A stretch of DNA of 61,086 nt, counting the filler, from Bipalium vagum (taxonomy: Eukaryota), in the NCBI GenBank assembly GCA_037834085.1. It is 3 parts of 3 records of this genome, joined end to end, with 100 filler letters (N's around TTAATTAATTAA, not from the genome) between each part and the next. Parts side by side here need not be neighbours in the genome. Positions count along the whole stretch, not along the records: positions 1 to 20,512 come from JBBMKC010251446.1; 2 more parts are not named here. One strand, given 5' to 3'. The translations under genes and the position numbers were made by a program. Below are positions 1 through 12,500 of this stretch, one piece after another (position 1 is the first letter of the stretch; each line of letters begins with the position of its first letter). Below the pieces are notes generated by a model. The model had not been told where the DNA came from. It was given only the letters and a program-made list of their open reading frames with translations, and did no database searches.

Positions 1-315
1 TTTTACTGTAGTGGTGCTGATTTTTGTTTCATGAGAGACATTGAAATTAGCAGTGATTTCTGAAGCTGAACTTCGGCAATTTCTCAAAGAACTGATCATA
101 ATATACCGGTTTTCCTGTTTTGTGGTTGAACGAGGTCTTCCAGATCGATTGCGGTCATGGAATGATCCTATTTCTTCTTTCCTTTTGATTTTTTGATGTA
201 CGCTATACTCCGATATGCTGAAACGTCGACCAATTTCTCGGTTGGAAAAACCCAGATAATGCAAAGTGTAGATTTCTACTCTTCTTTCTAAACTTAATTC
301 CTTGCTTTTGGCCAT
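1..315 (-). mobile_element. Tc1-family transposase N-terminal (HTH) region, running off the window start
   Basis: Hand translation from ATG 315: MAKSKELSLERRVEIYTLHYLGFSNREIGRRFSISEYSVHQKIKRKEEIGSFHDRNRSGRPRSTT...; paired-like HTH plus the GRPR motif. Confidence 0.85.
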
Positions 316-759
316 TTTGAAAAATTATTTATTGATTTGATATGGATTTTTAAAGTATAATCAATATTTGTTTTCAAATTTTTTAAAGGTATTTTCAACA
401 GATTTCAATTAAAACACTCTTAAAGTCTTGCATAGACATTCTGATAATAAACATAGCTATAATAATGTTATCGGATAAATAATTTTATATAACTTATTAT
501 ATATTACTTATGTTTTATTAATACTGGCGTCATAAAATTTGATAATATATCTTGGTTTATAATATAACTACCACATATTAATGTAAATTTGTCTATATCA
601 TCTCTTACGTTTTAAAACCACGTGAATCAAATTCTTTCAGGTGCGATTAAACCTATAGACGGTAGTGTATATATATTTAAAGTTTAAAAAAATCGTAAAA
701 GTCCAATTTTCAAAAGGAGTTAAAGTTTTCAAAAACATACTATATCATACTATATCTAC

Positions 760-1177
760 ATACTATTTTTGTATAGAAAAAGCTGTTGAACATGAGAATT
801 TAAAAGTGATATCACTGACATCAAAAACTAGAAAATATTTAAAAGTCAAAAGCCATACACCAATAGTGTTGCAAGCTAATGTCGTATACCAATTTATATG
901 TCATGGATGTAATAATCTATAATTAGGAGAGACACGGCGTCATCTCAGAACACGCATTAGCGAGCATTCACAACCAAGCAGAACAAGCAAGATGTTGGAT
1001 CATTCAGTAAACTGCGGTGAAAGAATAAGCAAAGTTAAAGAGAACGAATTCCGAATTATTATGGGAAACTTTGATAATAATGATGAACGAAAGATCTGTG
1101 AGTCATTATTAATCAAAGAAAGGCAACCAAATGTTAACATCCAAACGGGAGAGAGTAAGAATGTTTTCTGCAATTAA
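760..1177 (+). mobile_element. Penelope-like element 3' end: GIY-YIG endonuclease relic (5'-truncated, one in-frame stop)
   Basis: ORFs 665..922 and 992..1177 are the same frame: NVVYQFICHGCNNL*LGETRRHLRTRISEH...HSVNC...ERKICESLLIKERQPNVN. This matches the PLE pattern VVY-C-x2-C-YIGET-R..EH...E...N; the TAA replaces the Y of YIG. Confidence 0.88.
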
Positions 1178-1277
1178 TTTTTTTTTGGAAAAAAAATTAT
1201 TTTATCTAATAATAATCAAAAATATTTTTTAATTTTTAAATACAGTTATTTAGCGATTTAAAATATAAATATCAAAA

Positions 1278-1327
1278 ACATTGACTGATGAAGAACTGAA
1301 AAATAAAAGTTCGAAACATGTTTCATG
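1278..1327 (+). ncRNA. Minimal type I hammerhead ribozyme associated with the Penelope-like element
   Basis: CTGATGA(1285)-A-GAAC[12-nt loop]GTTC-GAAA-C-AT-G-TT; stem I CAT(T)GA/TCATG; palindromic stem III GAAACATGTTTC; about 100 nt downstream of the GIY-YIG ORF. Confidence 0.75.
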
Positions 1328-3049
1328 AAAATATATATTTGAATAAATTTTGTATTCATTTAATAAAATGCGTATATTCGAAAAAAAAGAATATGAGAAT
1401 GTTTACTAAGTCGTGTCTTTAGGTGACGTTGTGTCTCCCTATGTATAGATGACCACATCCATGACATTAGAATTTGTAAACGATATTAGTTCGTATTGGT
1501 TTTGATTTTTAAAAATTCTTCGTCTACACAGTTCGATATTTTACTTTTAAAAATCTTGAATACCTCAAAATAGGAAATTTTAATAATTTTCTTATATTCT
1601 TAGATGCTTACACAAATAGTGACAAAAAATGAGAATGATAAACTACAGTACATTCTCAATGTATTTGAAAAATAGAGTATTCTACTAAAGATATCATAAT
1701 TAAAGACTTGAAATGTGATAACTCAAGAGTTACATTTGATATTACCTATGACAGATTTGTTGAATTTAAGAAATCGATGCTGGCAAATGCCGAAGTGTCT
1801 ACTAAAAAAAATTTTTAAAAATTAAAAATTAAATTTTAAAAGACTGAAAATTTTTTGATGTCTAAAAACTACAAAGAATACATTTTACAAAATATTTTAA
1901 TGTTATCAATGAATAAAGATTTATTACAAAGTTTGTTTGAACATTCTCATAATACAGCTTACTTTCTGTCTATTTTTCACTGTTACAAAACCATGTCTCC
2001 CAAAAAATGATAAATAGATAGGATTGATTGTATATAAAATAAAAGTATTTTATTGAACATTCAGACGTTAAATGTCCGATGAAAATGAATACTTTTCATT
2101 TAGTTTAATAAAATTGTCAGTACTCAATATTTGATCATTAATAACCAAAAATGTTTCAAAATGTATTCAATTTTTAATGCATTTAATCCAAACTTAAATA
2201 TTAAAGTGAAAAATATAATTTCAAATAAATAAAATATTTTTAAATCCTCATTAACCCATAAAAACTTTAAAAATTAACACTTTATAATTGAATCTTACTA
2301 TATCCTATAAACAGCCAGTTAAAGATTTTTAAAAATTATTAATTTTCATGATTCTAACATATTCCAAAAATACCGTTTGTCGTAATAAGCTGGTAGCTTA
2401 TTATTAAAATCTTATTATTAAAGTAATTATTTCTTTTCATAAATTTCGAAATCAAAAAATATGATCCTTTGAAATTATTCATTTTCGTTCTTATTGCATA
2501 CGCAAGAGATTCTTTCAACGAACTTGTATATGACACTAAATGTTCTTCTTTTCTTTAATTAAGTACCCATAACTTAATATAGGCTTCTAAAATTGGTCAT
2601 TTGACCTCGCTTACTCTTTTCGCAACTTTCGAATTTTTATTTTGATAGACTTCCATTATATATATTTTTATTTTTCCACTTATATGGCTTTTATATACTT
2701 CGAAATGATCGGCAGCTTTTGCATTTGACGTTGGTTTGACATTGAACTGTGACTAACTTAAATTTCAATTTATAAGTATTTCTTTTATTTCCTAACATTT
2801 TAAAATCCAATTTTCGCTGTAATTACTTATTTGTCAAATAAACCAATTATTAGTAAGAAAATATAGTAGCTTAGTAAAAATCATACAGAACATTTTTGTC
2901 TGAAAACACACTACGAAGCTAGTAGTTTAGATTATAACGAATATGTTTAATGTATTACATTACATTAATGCATAAAAAATGTACCACCAATAATTAAATT
3001 GGTAAAGTCGATAATTTAACGATAGGTAATAAATTTATTATAAAATTAC

Positions 3050-6000
3050 TTATTTCCTCCCATTGCTTCTTCAAAAGCTATCATAAACACCTGCCAATTG
3101 TTAACAATTAAAAGGCACCACAGAACTACAATTGATGACTTGAAAATATCAATGATTAACAAATAAGAACAATAGACGCTTACATAAAAATCATTAAAAT
3201 TAATTCCACCGTAATCCAGCTGTTGAAACGTACCACATTTGTTGGAACTATAATCACGTTATCGTATACTTTACAAAAATCAGTGAAACCTTTTCATGAA
3301 ATCATAATTGATCTTGTCACCAAAAATATTCATTCCTAAAAGCGCGTATAAATAAAATATCAAGCACATCAGACCGATGACTGATTTCATTCTCCACGGA
3401 ATATCAAATAACGTATTAATAATGGGAGTCAACGAAGGGAACAATAACACGATTTTAGCAGCCCTAACCAATATTAAAAGATTTGTAATTCGAGGCAAAT
3501 CCCATAGAGATATTGTTCCAATAATGTAATCCTCTCGGTTCCTATTTTTAAAAAAAATTGAGATTACCATGAAAATACAAATAAGTGCAAATGCTCTTTG
3601 ACATCCTGCATTTCTCTGTTAATACTAAATCTATATTGATTTTTATCTCAAACAATAAACTGGTGTGCTTATCTTAATTCACAATTTTGAAATCAATAAT
3701 CATTTAGAAATAATATAATTAAACAATTTTGAGATTTTAATAAACAATTATAGTAATTAAAAGTTCTATAAAACCAACCTTTGAAAGCCGATATATCACA
3801 TATACCGAGTATACCTCTGTATTTAATTATAGTGTTGGTAATATGGAAGAAAGACTTTTTTGAAGAAATATTTCATTCTTGTCAATTTTTAACTAAAAAA
3901 ATGTCTCAATTCTTACAGAAAACAAACGGTAATACATAAAATGATTAAACTTCTCAAAGAAAAAACATTAATATAACAATTCCTATTTCTTCACCCAAGT
4001 GATCCTTCAGTGTGCTTTGTATTTTTGGTTTTTTGAATGAATACAGTAGTTGAATCCCACAACAGACCAATATTGGCTCTGCACTTCTTAGTAAAAACAG
4101 ACTATGGCACCAATTAAGTTCTATTGCATCTGCAAAAAGATGCCATATTTAAGCTATAGGTAATTATTAGATCTGCTAATATGTAGACTAAAATATAAAC
4201 TTTTCATTCTTCACAATCCTTTCTTAAAAATCAATTTCTATTTCTTTCACTTGTTTGTATTTCTTTTATTAAATAGCTCTGATACATGTTTATATTCACA
4301 TTTCTCAACATTATCATTCATACAAACCATAGTACTATGCTTTCGTATATATATTTCTATTTAATATTTCTGGTTTCTTACTTTAAAACCATTGAGTGTT
4401 TTACAATTTTAAATAAAAAAATAATTTATTTTTTACAATAAGAAATGGAAAGGGTAAATCAATGAAAGTAGTGGAAAACATAAAATTTTCTTAAAAGTAT
4501 TGATTAGGTGGAAAAATTGTAAAAAAATAGTTTCATTATTGATTGGTTATTTCACTAGTGAATTATATATCTTAAATAAATAAACAACTTTAACTAACCT
4601 ACCTATCAAGCAACAAGACTGTTTCGAGAATTTTCATAATCTAATAATAATTGATAAATAAATAAGAACGAAAGAAAAATTACCAGAATTATTAATGTGA
4701 CGAAAAAATCAATTAGAGACCCTTGTCTGCTGAAATAGATTTTATGTCCCATTGCAAAGAACTTCATTGTTTGTTCCAAGATATAGAGGAAAATGAATAT
4801 CCAATTGAATATCTGTAGGAATAAATTTCGGAATCAGTGAGATGAAATATTTAAAAACAGCTGTCTAATTTACAGTTTTCGAATATCATGCACAAATAAT
4901 TTAGATTTTTTCTAAAAAGCGTTTACGAAAGAAGTGGCCAACTTACAGGAGTATCTAATTTGATAAGTTAAACTATAAATAATTCTCAATTTGAAAATAC
5001 GGAAACTCTTTAAAAATTAGTAATTGAAAATTACCGTATTTCCTTTAATAAACGCTACGGTTTCTTTTAATCTAGTTTCTAATAGAGGGAGACATTTATT
5101 TAAAATATTACTTTTTGTTGAAGGTTTACATTCATAATGAATTAGATTACTATCCAAATATTTTAAAAAGTAATATGATACGAAGAATATGAATAACTAT
5201 TAATAAAAATTATATCTTAGGGTTTACGTTTTAATTTGATCCACCATAGAAACTTCGTATTTCCACATTAAACTTAAATTTTATGAAATAATTAATTTTT
5301 CTTTATAAGAAATCATCACTATATTTATAAATCAAACAAAATTTCATTTATTATATTGGTAAATTAGAAATAAGTTTAATTAAATGTTTATTAGAATATT
5401 AAAAAATTCTAAATATTGTAATTTTTCAAAAAGTTTGAATTAAATATATCCACTTTCATGGGGTTTATTACGAGTACCTGCGTTGCTAAGGTTTTGAAAA
5501 TCTTAATTTTTGAACCATTAATCCAAAGAATTAATACGACTTTCGAAAAATCTTGAAACAATCAATAATTTTTTTTACCGAATAATCTAGCCTTTGGAAC
5601 TTAGCAATGACCTGTTCTCTTTAGATTGAAATACATTTTTCATCGCAAGTCAATATTTGATCGCAAAAAGTATCTTTTGATAGCCTAATAATATAAGAAC
5701 TACAGTTGCTGCAATCTATTTTCTGGTGTTAAATCATATCGAACCAATTTGCAAATGCTTTCTTATTGTTTCTTCATTGGTATTTAAAGTATTCCCCCTT
5801 AAGTTTTTTACATGTCAGACTCGAATCTGACTCAATTACTTTTTTCAATTCATCATTGTTTATGGAAATTGGTCTCCTAGATCTCTGAGTTCATCCTAAA
5901 AATTTTTGGAACCAATTACGAGCATTTCGTTACTTTACTGTGTGTTCTCAAAATCCTAAATAAATGTTTGGACACGTTTCTGAAGCATTAGATCCAAGCT

Positions 6001-6525
6001 AGAATCCATAATATCAACAGTAACGGGTAGTTAGTTTTCAGTCGGCCATTTTAACAAATAATAGTTATCGAAAAATATAATTAAATATTTGATTTAAAGT
6101 AATGTATTTAAATAAATTGTTTTGTACAGGAAAAAATAAATTATTCGATGAATTGTAAAATATACAACTTATTTGGGCATCTAATATAATAATAATTAAC
6201 TTTTAAAAAATTAGTTACTACTTTTAAGCAAATAAGCATTTACAAACAATCCAGTTAGTAACGAATGAAATCTTCAAACAACATCTTTCTGAGTTATTTT
6301 GAAGTATGACTTAATTGGTGTTATTAAACTTTTTAAAAATGTTCAAGATTGTAAAGAGTAAACGAAAGAGTAAAAACTATCAATAAGTTCTAATATCACA
6401 ATTATTATATACATTAAAAAACTTGAACTTTTCAAATAAATCACATTAATTTGAAGAGTGATCTATATCGGTATTATCTTTCCAAATGACTTACAAATAT
6501 AAGTACCACTTAGAGTCTAGAAGTC

Positions 6526-6596
<71 letters not shown>

Positions 6597-9500
6597 CTTT
6601 ACTATAGTTAAACATCTTTTTTCAAGATCAACAAAATTAAACTCAGCACGAAAAATTATTTTAAAAAATCAATAAGATGTTTCACCTTTGATCATTATTT
6701 TTTTTAGTCTTATGTAAAATAAAAAAATCTTACATTCAAACTTGTGGCGGCATTTCCGTATTTTTCAAATTTTTGGGTCACATCAACCTAACTTTGCCAA
6801 TAATACTTCAAAATTATTCACAAAAATTATATTTACTGCAATAACAATTATGTTTGCAAAGCATATCACTAACCCAACGATCTCAAATGACCTGGACAGT
6901 AATATCCTCTGAAGTCTTTTTATACGATCACTTCTATATATAGGTACTTCGAAAATCTGTATGAAAGATTAAGTTAATTCAATGAAGAAAAGTGATATAT
7001 TTTCTCAAATCACGTAACATCTCCAAATCACAAATTATTAATAAGTCTATTAAAACAAATAAAAGGTTTTTTTTGCTAACGTGGATGATAAAGAAAATTT
7101 TATAAATATGATAAATAACAAGGTTACTATTAAACAATTTCATATCAATTTCAAAATTTATTATAATATACCATGCACTTACAAATTGCATTAACCAATA
7201 TTTAAGTTAGTTTTAATCCATCAAATTAAGCATTAACATAATAACTCTTTCAAATGAAATAAAGTTCGAATCAGTTCAAAGTTTCAAAGAAATCTGAAAG
7301 AAGAAAGATAAAAAGAGAATCCAACCAGAATGACAACTAATGTAATTTAAAAGCCCTTTATTGAAACTGCGTCAATTACAGCTCAACCCAGATGCGGAAG
7401 GTCAAAAAAATTCTCGAAAAATAAATCTCAAATCAAAGCAATTTTGAACTTTCAGACAAATTTTTGTCGAAACAGAAAGGAGCCCGTCAATCATTTGTAA
7501 TTATATTAAAAATAACTTATCTGTTAAGTAATATAAAATTCAAATGTAACAATATGTGTATGACGAGGACCTTGATAGACAGGTCAAAACTACTGAAGGC
7601 CCTTTGCTCTATCTGAGTCATCTTTTGAAAAATTAATAATTTTTTCCGGTGAATCCATCTTCCAATTATCCTGTGGAATATGGGAAACTGAGAAGCCAAT
7701 AGAATTGTATGAATATAGGGACAATTCTCCAAAATTTAATGTTTAGTGTGCCATCTTACCAGACTGTATCATTGGACTGTATTTTTTATGAAAATGGAAA
7801 TGGAAGAAATTATCTTGAAACGATGGAAATTATTTTTTTATACAAAGAAACGCTTGGCTTCGAAGATAATTTTCCAACAGGATCGAGGGCCAGAATACTA
7901 TTCGTTGGCAGTGCGAAAATGGGTGGATAAAAAGGTCTCAGGTAGATAGTTATGGAGAAGATATCAGATTAAATGGGCAGCTAGATCTCCGGATCTTTCA
8001 CCTTTAGGTTTTCCTTTATATGGAATTCTTAAACAAAAGGTGTCAATTATTAAATATTTATTATTATATTTAAACAAATTTTGGGTCAATTATTATTAAG
8101 CGCACAATATAATGATATATTTCAACAATCTTACTTTATATTAAAATATTTCTTTTTCCAATAGTTATAAATGACATTTTTAAAATTATAAAGGATTAAA
8201 ATGGTAGACTTTTTAAATTAACGTTTACATTCATGGAAAACTCACTTATCATGTTCAAATTAGAAAAAGAAATTTGAAAGTAAAAAAAATAATTTAATGA
8301 AAAATTAGCGCTTTTGTGGTTAAATGTACCGGACAAGACAAAAAAGTGATTTTCACAGTCTTATAGTAGTTTAGAAATATAAAACTTTTTAAAATTTGGC
8401 TTCAATTTGAAAACATGCTTTGACAGATATTTTAATTGTTTTATAAAAAAAAACAAAACGAAAGTTACGGTGTCACCAATGAATATTTGACAATGATTGA
8501 AAAACCAACTTAAATTGGAATATTTCAAAGTTACGAGAAAGTTAAATTGATTGTTTAGTTTTCCAAAACGTTTGTATTTTGACCATTTTTATTTTGATAG
8601 ACCAATAAAAGAACATGTTAAAAATATGAACAGTTTTGTCTTTTACTTAATAAACACTTCCTAAAAATTGATAAAATAAGGATAAATATTTAGCTTCATT
8701 CATTCGGTGATTTAGTGTATAGAATTTTTCAAAACTTTTCCTGATAAAATTTTTATTTTTTTTAAACGATCAAAGAAATTGTCTGTTATTTGGAAATTTG
8801 TTAAGATAATAGAAAGATGTTAATTAAAGGATTTATATCATTTTAATAATTGATAATAGTTCAATTAAATTTGGATCTATTTAATCAATTTATTAATTTA
8901 TAAAATAAACAATTTTAAGTGTTTTGATGATTGATCTTCGGTTTCTGCTGAATATATGTAAATAAAGGTTATAAGCCCACATGACACTAGAAATTATTAT
9001 AATCGATTATTATTAATAACCATTTTTGATTCCTTGTGACCATCTAAAGCCTGTAGAACGGTTTTAACTTGATTCCAGTCTGCAACCTCTGACGCCAGTG
9101 AATCTAGAACCTGAAAACCTAACAGTCACCATCGATTCTAAATATGTCAAAATATGACTTTATTCATTTCATTTTTACGCCAATAAGTAATGGCAGAATT
9201 ATTGATAACACGTCTCAAACTTTCAACTTCCACATCATTTCTAATAAAAAATTATTCAGAATAAATTCATGAAAATCAAATTTTTATACTGATAAACAGC
9301 TTCCAATCTACAGGGATTGCCACGTAGAACTTCGTAGATTGCTCTTGAGGCCACACGTCTTCTGATTAACGATGTTTGCATGGAATCCTAAAGCCAAAGA
9401 CAACAATTACAATGATCATTAATCAGTAAACTGCTAATAAATGTTTGACATTAGAACCCTAACCTCTGTCCAGAACCTAGTACTGTTTACCATTTTTATA

Positions 9501-12500
9501 TAGAGATAGCTATTAAGGTCATCTTGAAAAAGGTTTCTAATTAGCATAATTTACACTTACTATTATTTGCTTTCAAAAATAAAACAAGTTTATTATATTT
9601 TTATTTGATTGGGAAAAATTTATCACCTCCATCCTACAGACTACTTGATTAATTTATTCGAATTAAATTAAGCTTTAATTATTTTTTGTGTAATTGTAAG
9701 AAAACTTTTAAATAAGTACTGTATCAAATGAAAATATCTATTATTTTTATATTAAAATTTTAGTGAAAATTGAAAGGATAAAACCAGATTACAATATAAT
9801 TTTAACGGTCTAATCAGAATCTGTTGGCTTCAGGGAGACCACGAACTCTGTCGATCATGAAAGATTCAAAACAGGTGATAAGTAAGAAGTTGATAATAAT
9901 TTCAGTCAGTCGGCGAATTGATCCATTAAGCAATCATAGTGGCAGTCATGAACAAGATTTGTAGATTCCACAACGTTTTCATTCAAATTGAACAAAATCA
10001 TCAATATTTTTGGAGTAGAAACCAATGTTAACTAACTGAAATCAAATTTGAAACACTTCAATTCCAAAAGTCACTACTTTAAGCAAATCGAATTTTATCA
10101 ATCTTTAAATAAACGATGCCAAAAATTTATTGGATAAGATTAAAATTAACAAATCCGCTTTTTATGAAGGAACCATTTTAATCATATAACATTGGTTTTT
10201 CTGAGAAAAGGTAAAATTCAATTTCAAGCTAACTTGATAATATTTCTAAAATTGAAATGGAATAATAAAAATTCTCACCAGCACATGATTTCGGAATTCG
10301 TTAAACACGATGGCTATGAGAACATTCATGAAGACAAATATGCCAACTGACATGAAAATGACAAAGAATATGAATCCCAATCGATTTTTATTGTAAATAC
10401 CAACCATAGCTGTATGGAAAAGTGAAAGCACTTTTATTTTATAAAATTTTTATCTCATTACCATCTGGATTGTTGGCAGTAGTGAGAAGCACCAATAATG
10501 TAAAAAATGCATCGTAGAATGTTCCATATTGTTCGTCATAGCTCTAAAAATTAGACAGGTTATCATTTCAAAGTAATATACACAAGATATTAGAATAAGT
10601 GAAGATTGATGTACTGTATAAAATTTGACTTTCAGTGTCAATACTATCTAAAATCGATTACCATTTTAATATTAAAAAATCTTAAAAATAACTTCCCAAT
10701 ATCTTAAAATTAACAATCTTTCTCCTTTAATCAATAGTGAATTGTACGTTAACTAATACCATAAACAAAAAATTATGAAGATAAAAACATGTAATACCAC
10801 AAAGGATTTTCTTATTTTTAATATAGAGATCAAATTACAATAGAATAAACATGAATAAATACTATTTTAGTCTTGATGGAACTTCCCTTAGCCTTAATAA
10901 CTTTCGCATAATAATAATTTACAGTTGACATATAACGGATTGGATTATGTAACCATTTCTTTTGAATCTAATCGTGAAGGAAAATCCATGAATCCTCATT
11001 CTTAAAATACAACTGCTTTAAAGATGACACTTGAACATTTAAAACCTTTAAATACCATTCAGTGTTGCACTATTTATTAGACTTCATAAATCTTAATCTA
11101 GTGTGACCATTTGAAGTGAAGACTTCACAAAAATAACAATACCAGGATGCTTAACTGTAGGGGGAAAGATCATCATCGTTACAGAAGCAATGTTTTAAGA
11201 ATGAGAATTCATAGATTATTATCACGATAATGCTCCGTGCCACAGAAGTGAAAGGATGAAAGATTGGATTTTGATAAAAGGATGAAATGTGCTTGATTTT
11301 TCTACCCAAAGATCAGATTAAATTCAATAGAAAATCGATGGTTTCTATTGAAAAGACTGCTGAAGAAGTCTTTCATGCAAAATGTAGACCAATTTAATCT
11401 ACATATCTTAGAAACTTTATGTAATCAGATCCCAAAACAATGGTGATCTAATCCAACCTGTTCCATGCCAGTAAAATTTTGCGGAAGGCTAAAGGAGGTT
11501 CCACCAATTATTAAACTAAAAAAGTATTTGTTCATGTTTATTCTATTGTAATTGGGTGTCTATGTTAAAAAAATAAAGAATTTGTTTTCCCTAATAAATG
11601 GTTTTATCTACATTTTTTCACGGTATTAGTTAACTTGTTGTATAGACCAATAACAGGAATAATTTAATCGATATTATAAAATATTAGTTAAAATCAAATA
11701 GACAAGACATTAAATAAAAATATCAAGAAAAAAATCTTATTAAAATTATTTATTAAAAGTTGGTTTGCAAATCATGCTCTAAATTATTATTGAACATAAA
11801 TAATTATTTGTTTATGAAAAATATATAAATAAAAATTAAAGAAATATATATAGCACAGGGCGGAGTTTAAAATGTTCTACGCATGATAAGAATTTTCAAG
11901 GCACTATAACATGTCACAGATCGTATCTTATCGACTATATATTGACTTATGAAAGATTATTTTCAAAACCGGTATTTTACATGCGAAACACACTTGTGAT
12001 ACAAAGCGTAAATTGAATAATGTTTCATCATTTAGCATTATTTTGATAAGCATAATTAAAATTAACATAAAGTGCAGTGCAGATAATGATCATTTAAAAT
12101 CACACGATAAAGACCGACTTCAGAGTTGATGAACAATAGGTTTTAAATACAATTTAGTATATTCTCCAAAGTTAACAACATTTGTATGAAAAAATAATAG
12201 TTGAAAATAAAAATAATAAAATAATTGTAAAACTTTAAAATAATTATAATCAAATAATAAAAGCAATATATATATATATATATAATAATTTTTTCTAAGA
12301 TATCCATTCAACATTTCACCTGTGGTTCAAAGCCGTTAAAAATGGACACTGCAATCAATGTGAAAGCTACCAACCATAGACCAAGAAGTAAAAATGCACT
12401 GAAAATATCTCTTATTGTTTTACTCAACGATTTAAGGACCTTTTTCATTAATTGTGATTTCTGTATAGCAAAAAATGGTCTAAAGAATCGACGCAAGCGG

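Noticed and set aside
2960-3000. Minus-strand YWWY as the missing TPC2 IIS6 exon
   Set aside because: No AG acceptor, a stop follows within a few codons, and no NLF.A.ILE-like motif
4735-4750. Suspected frameshift in TPC2 exon 4812-4684
   Set aside because: Recounting the T run across the line break gives an open frame (GHKIYFSRQG)
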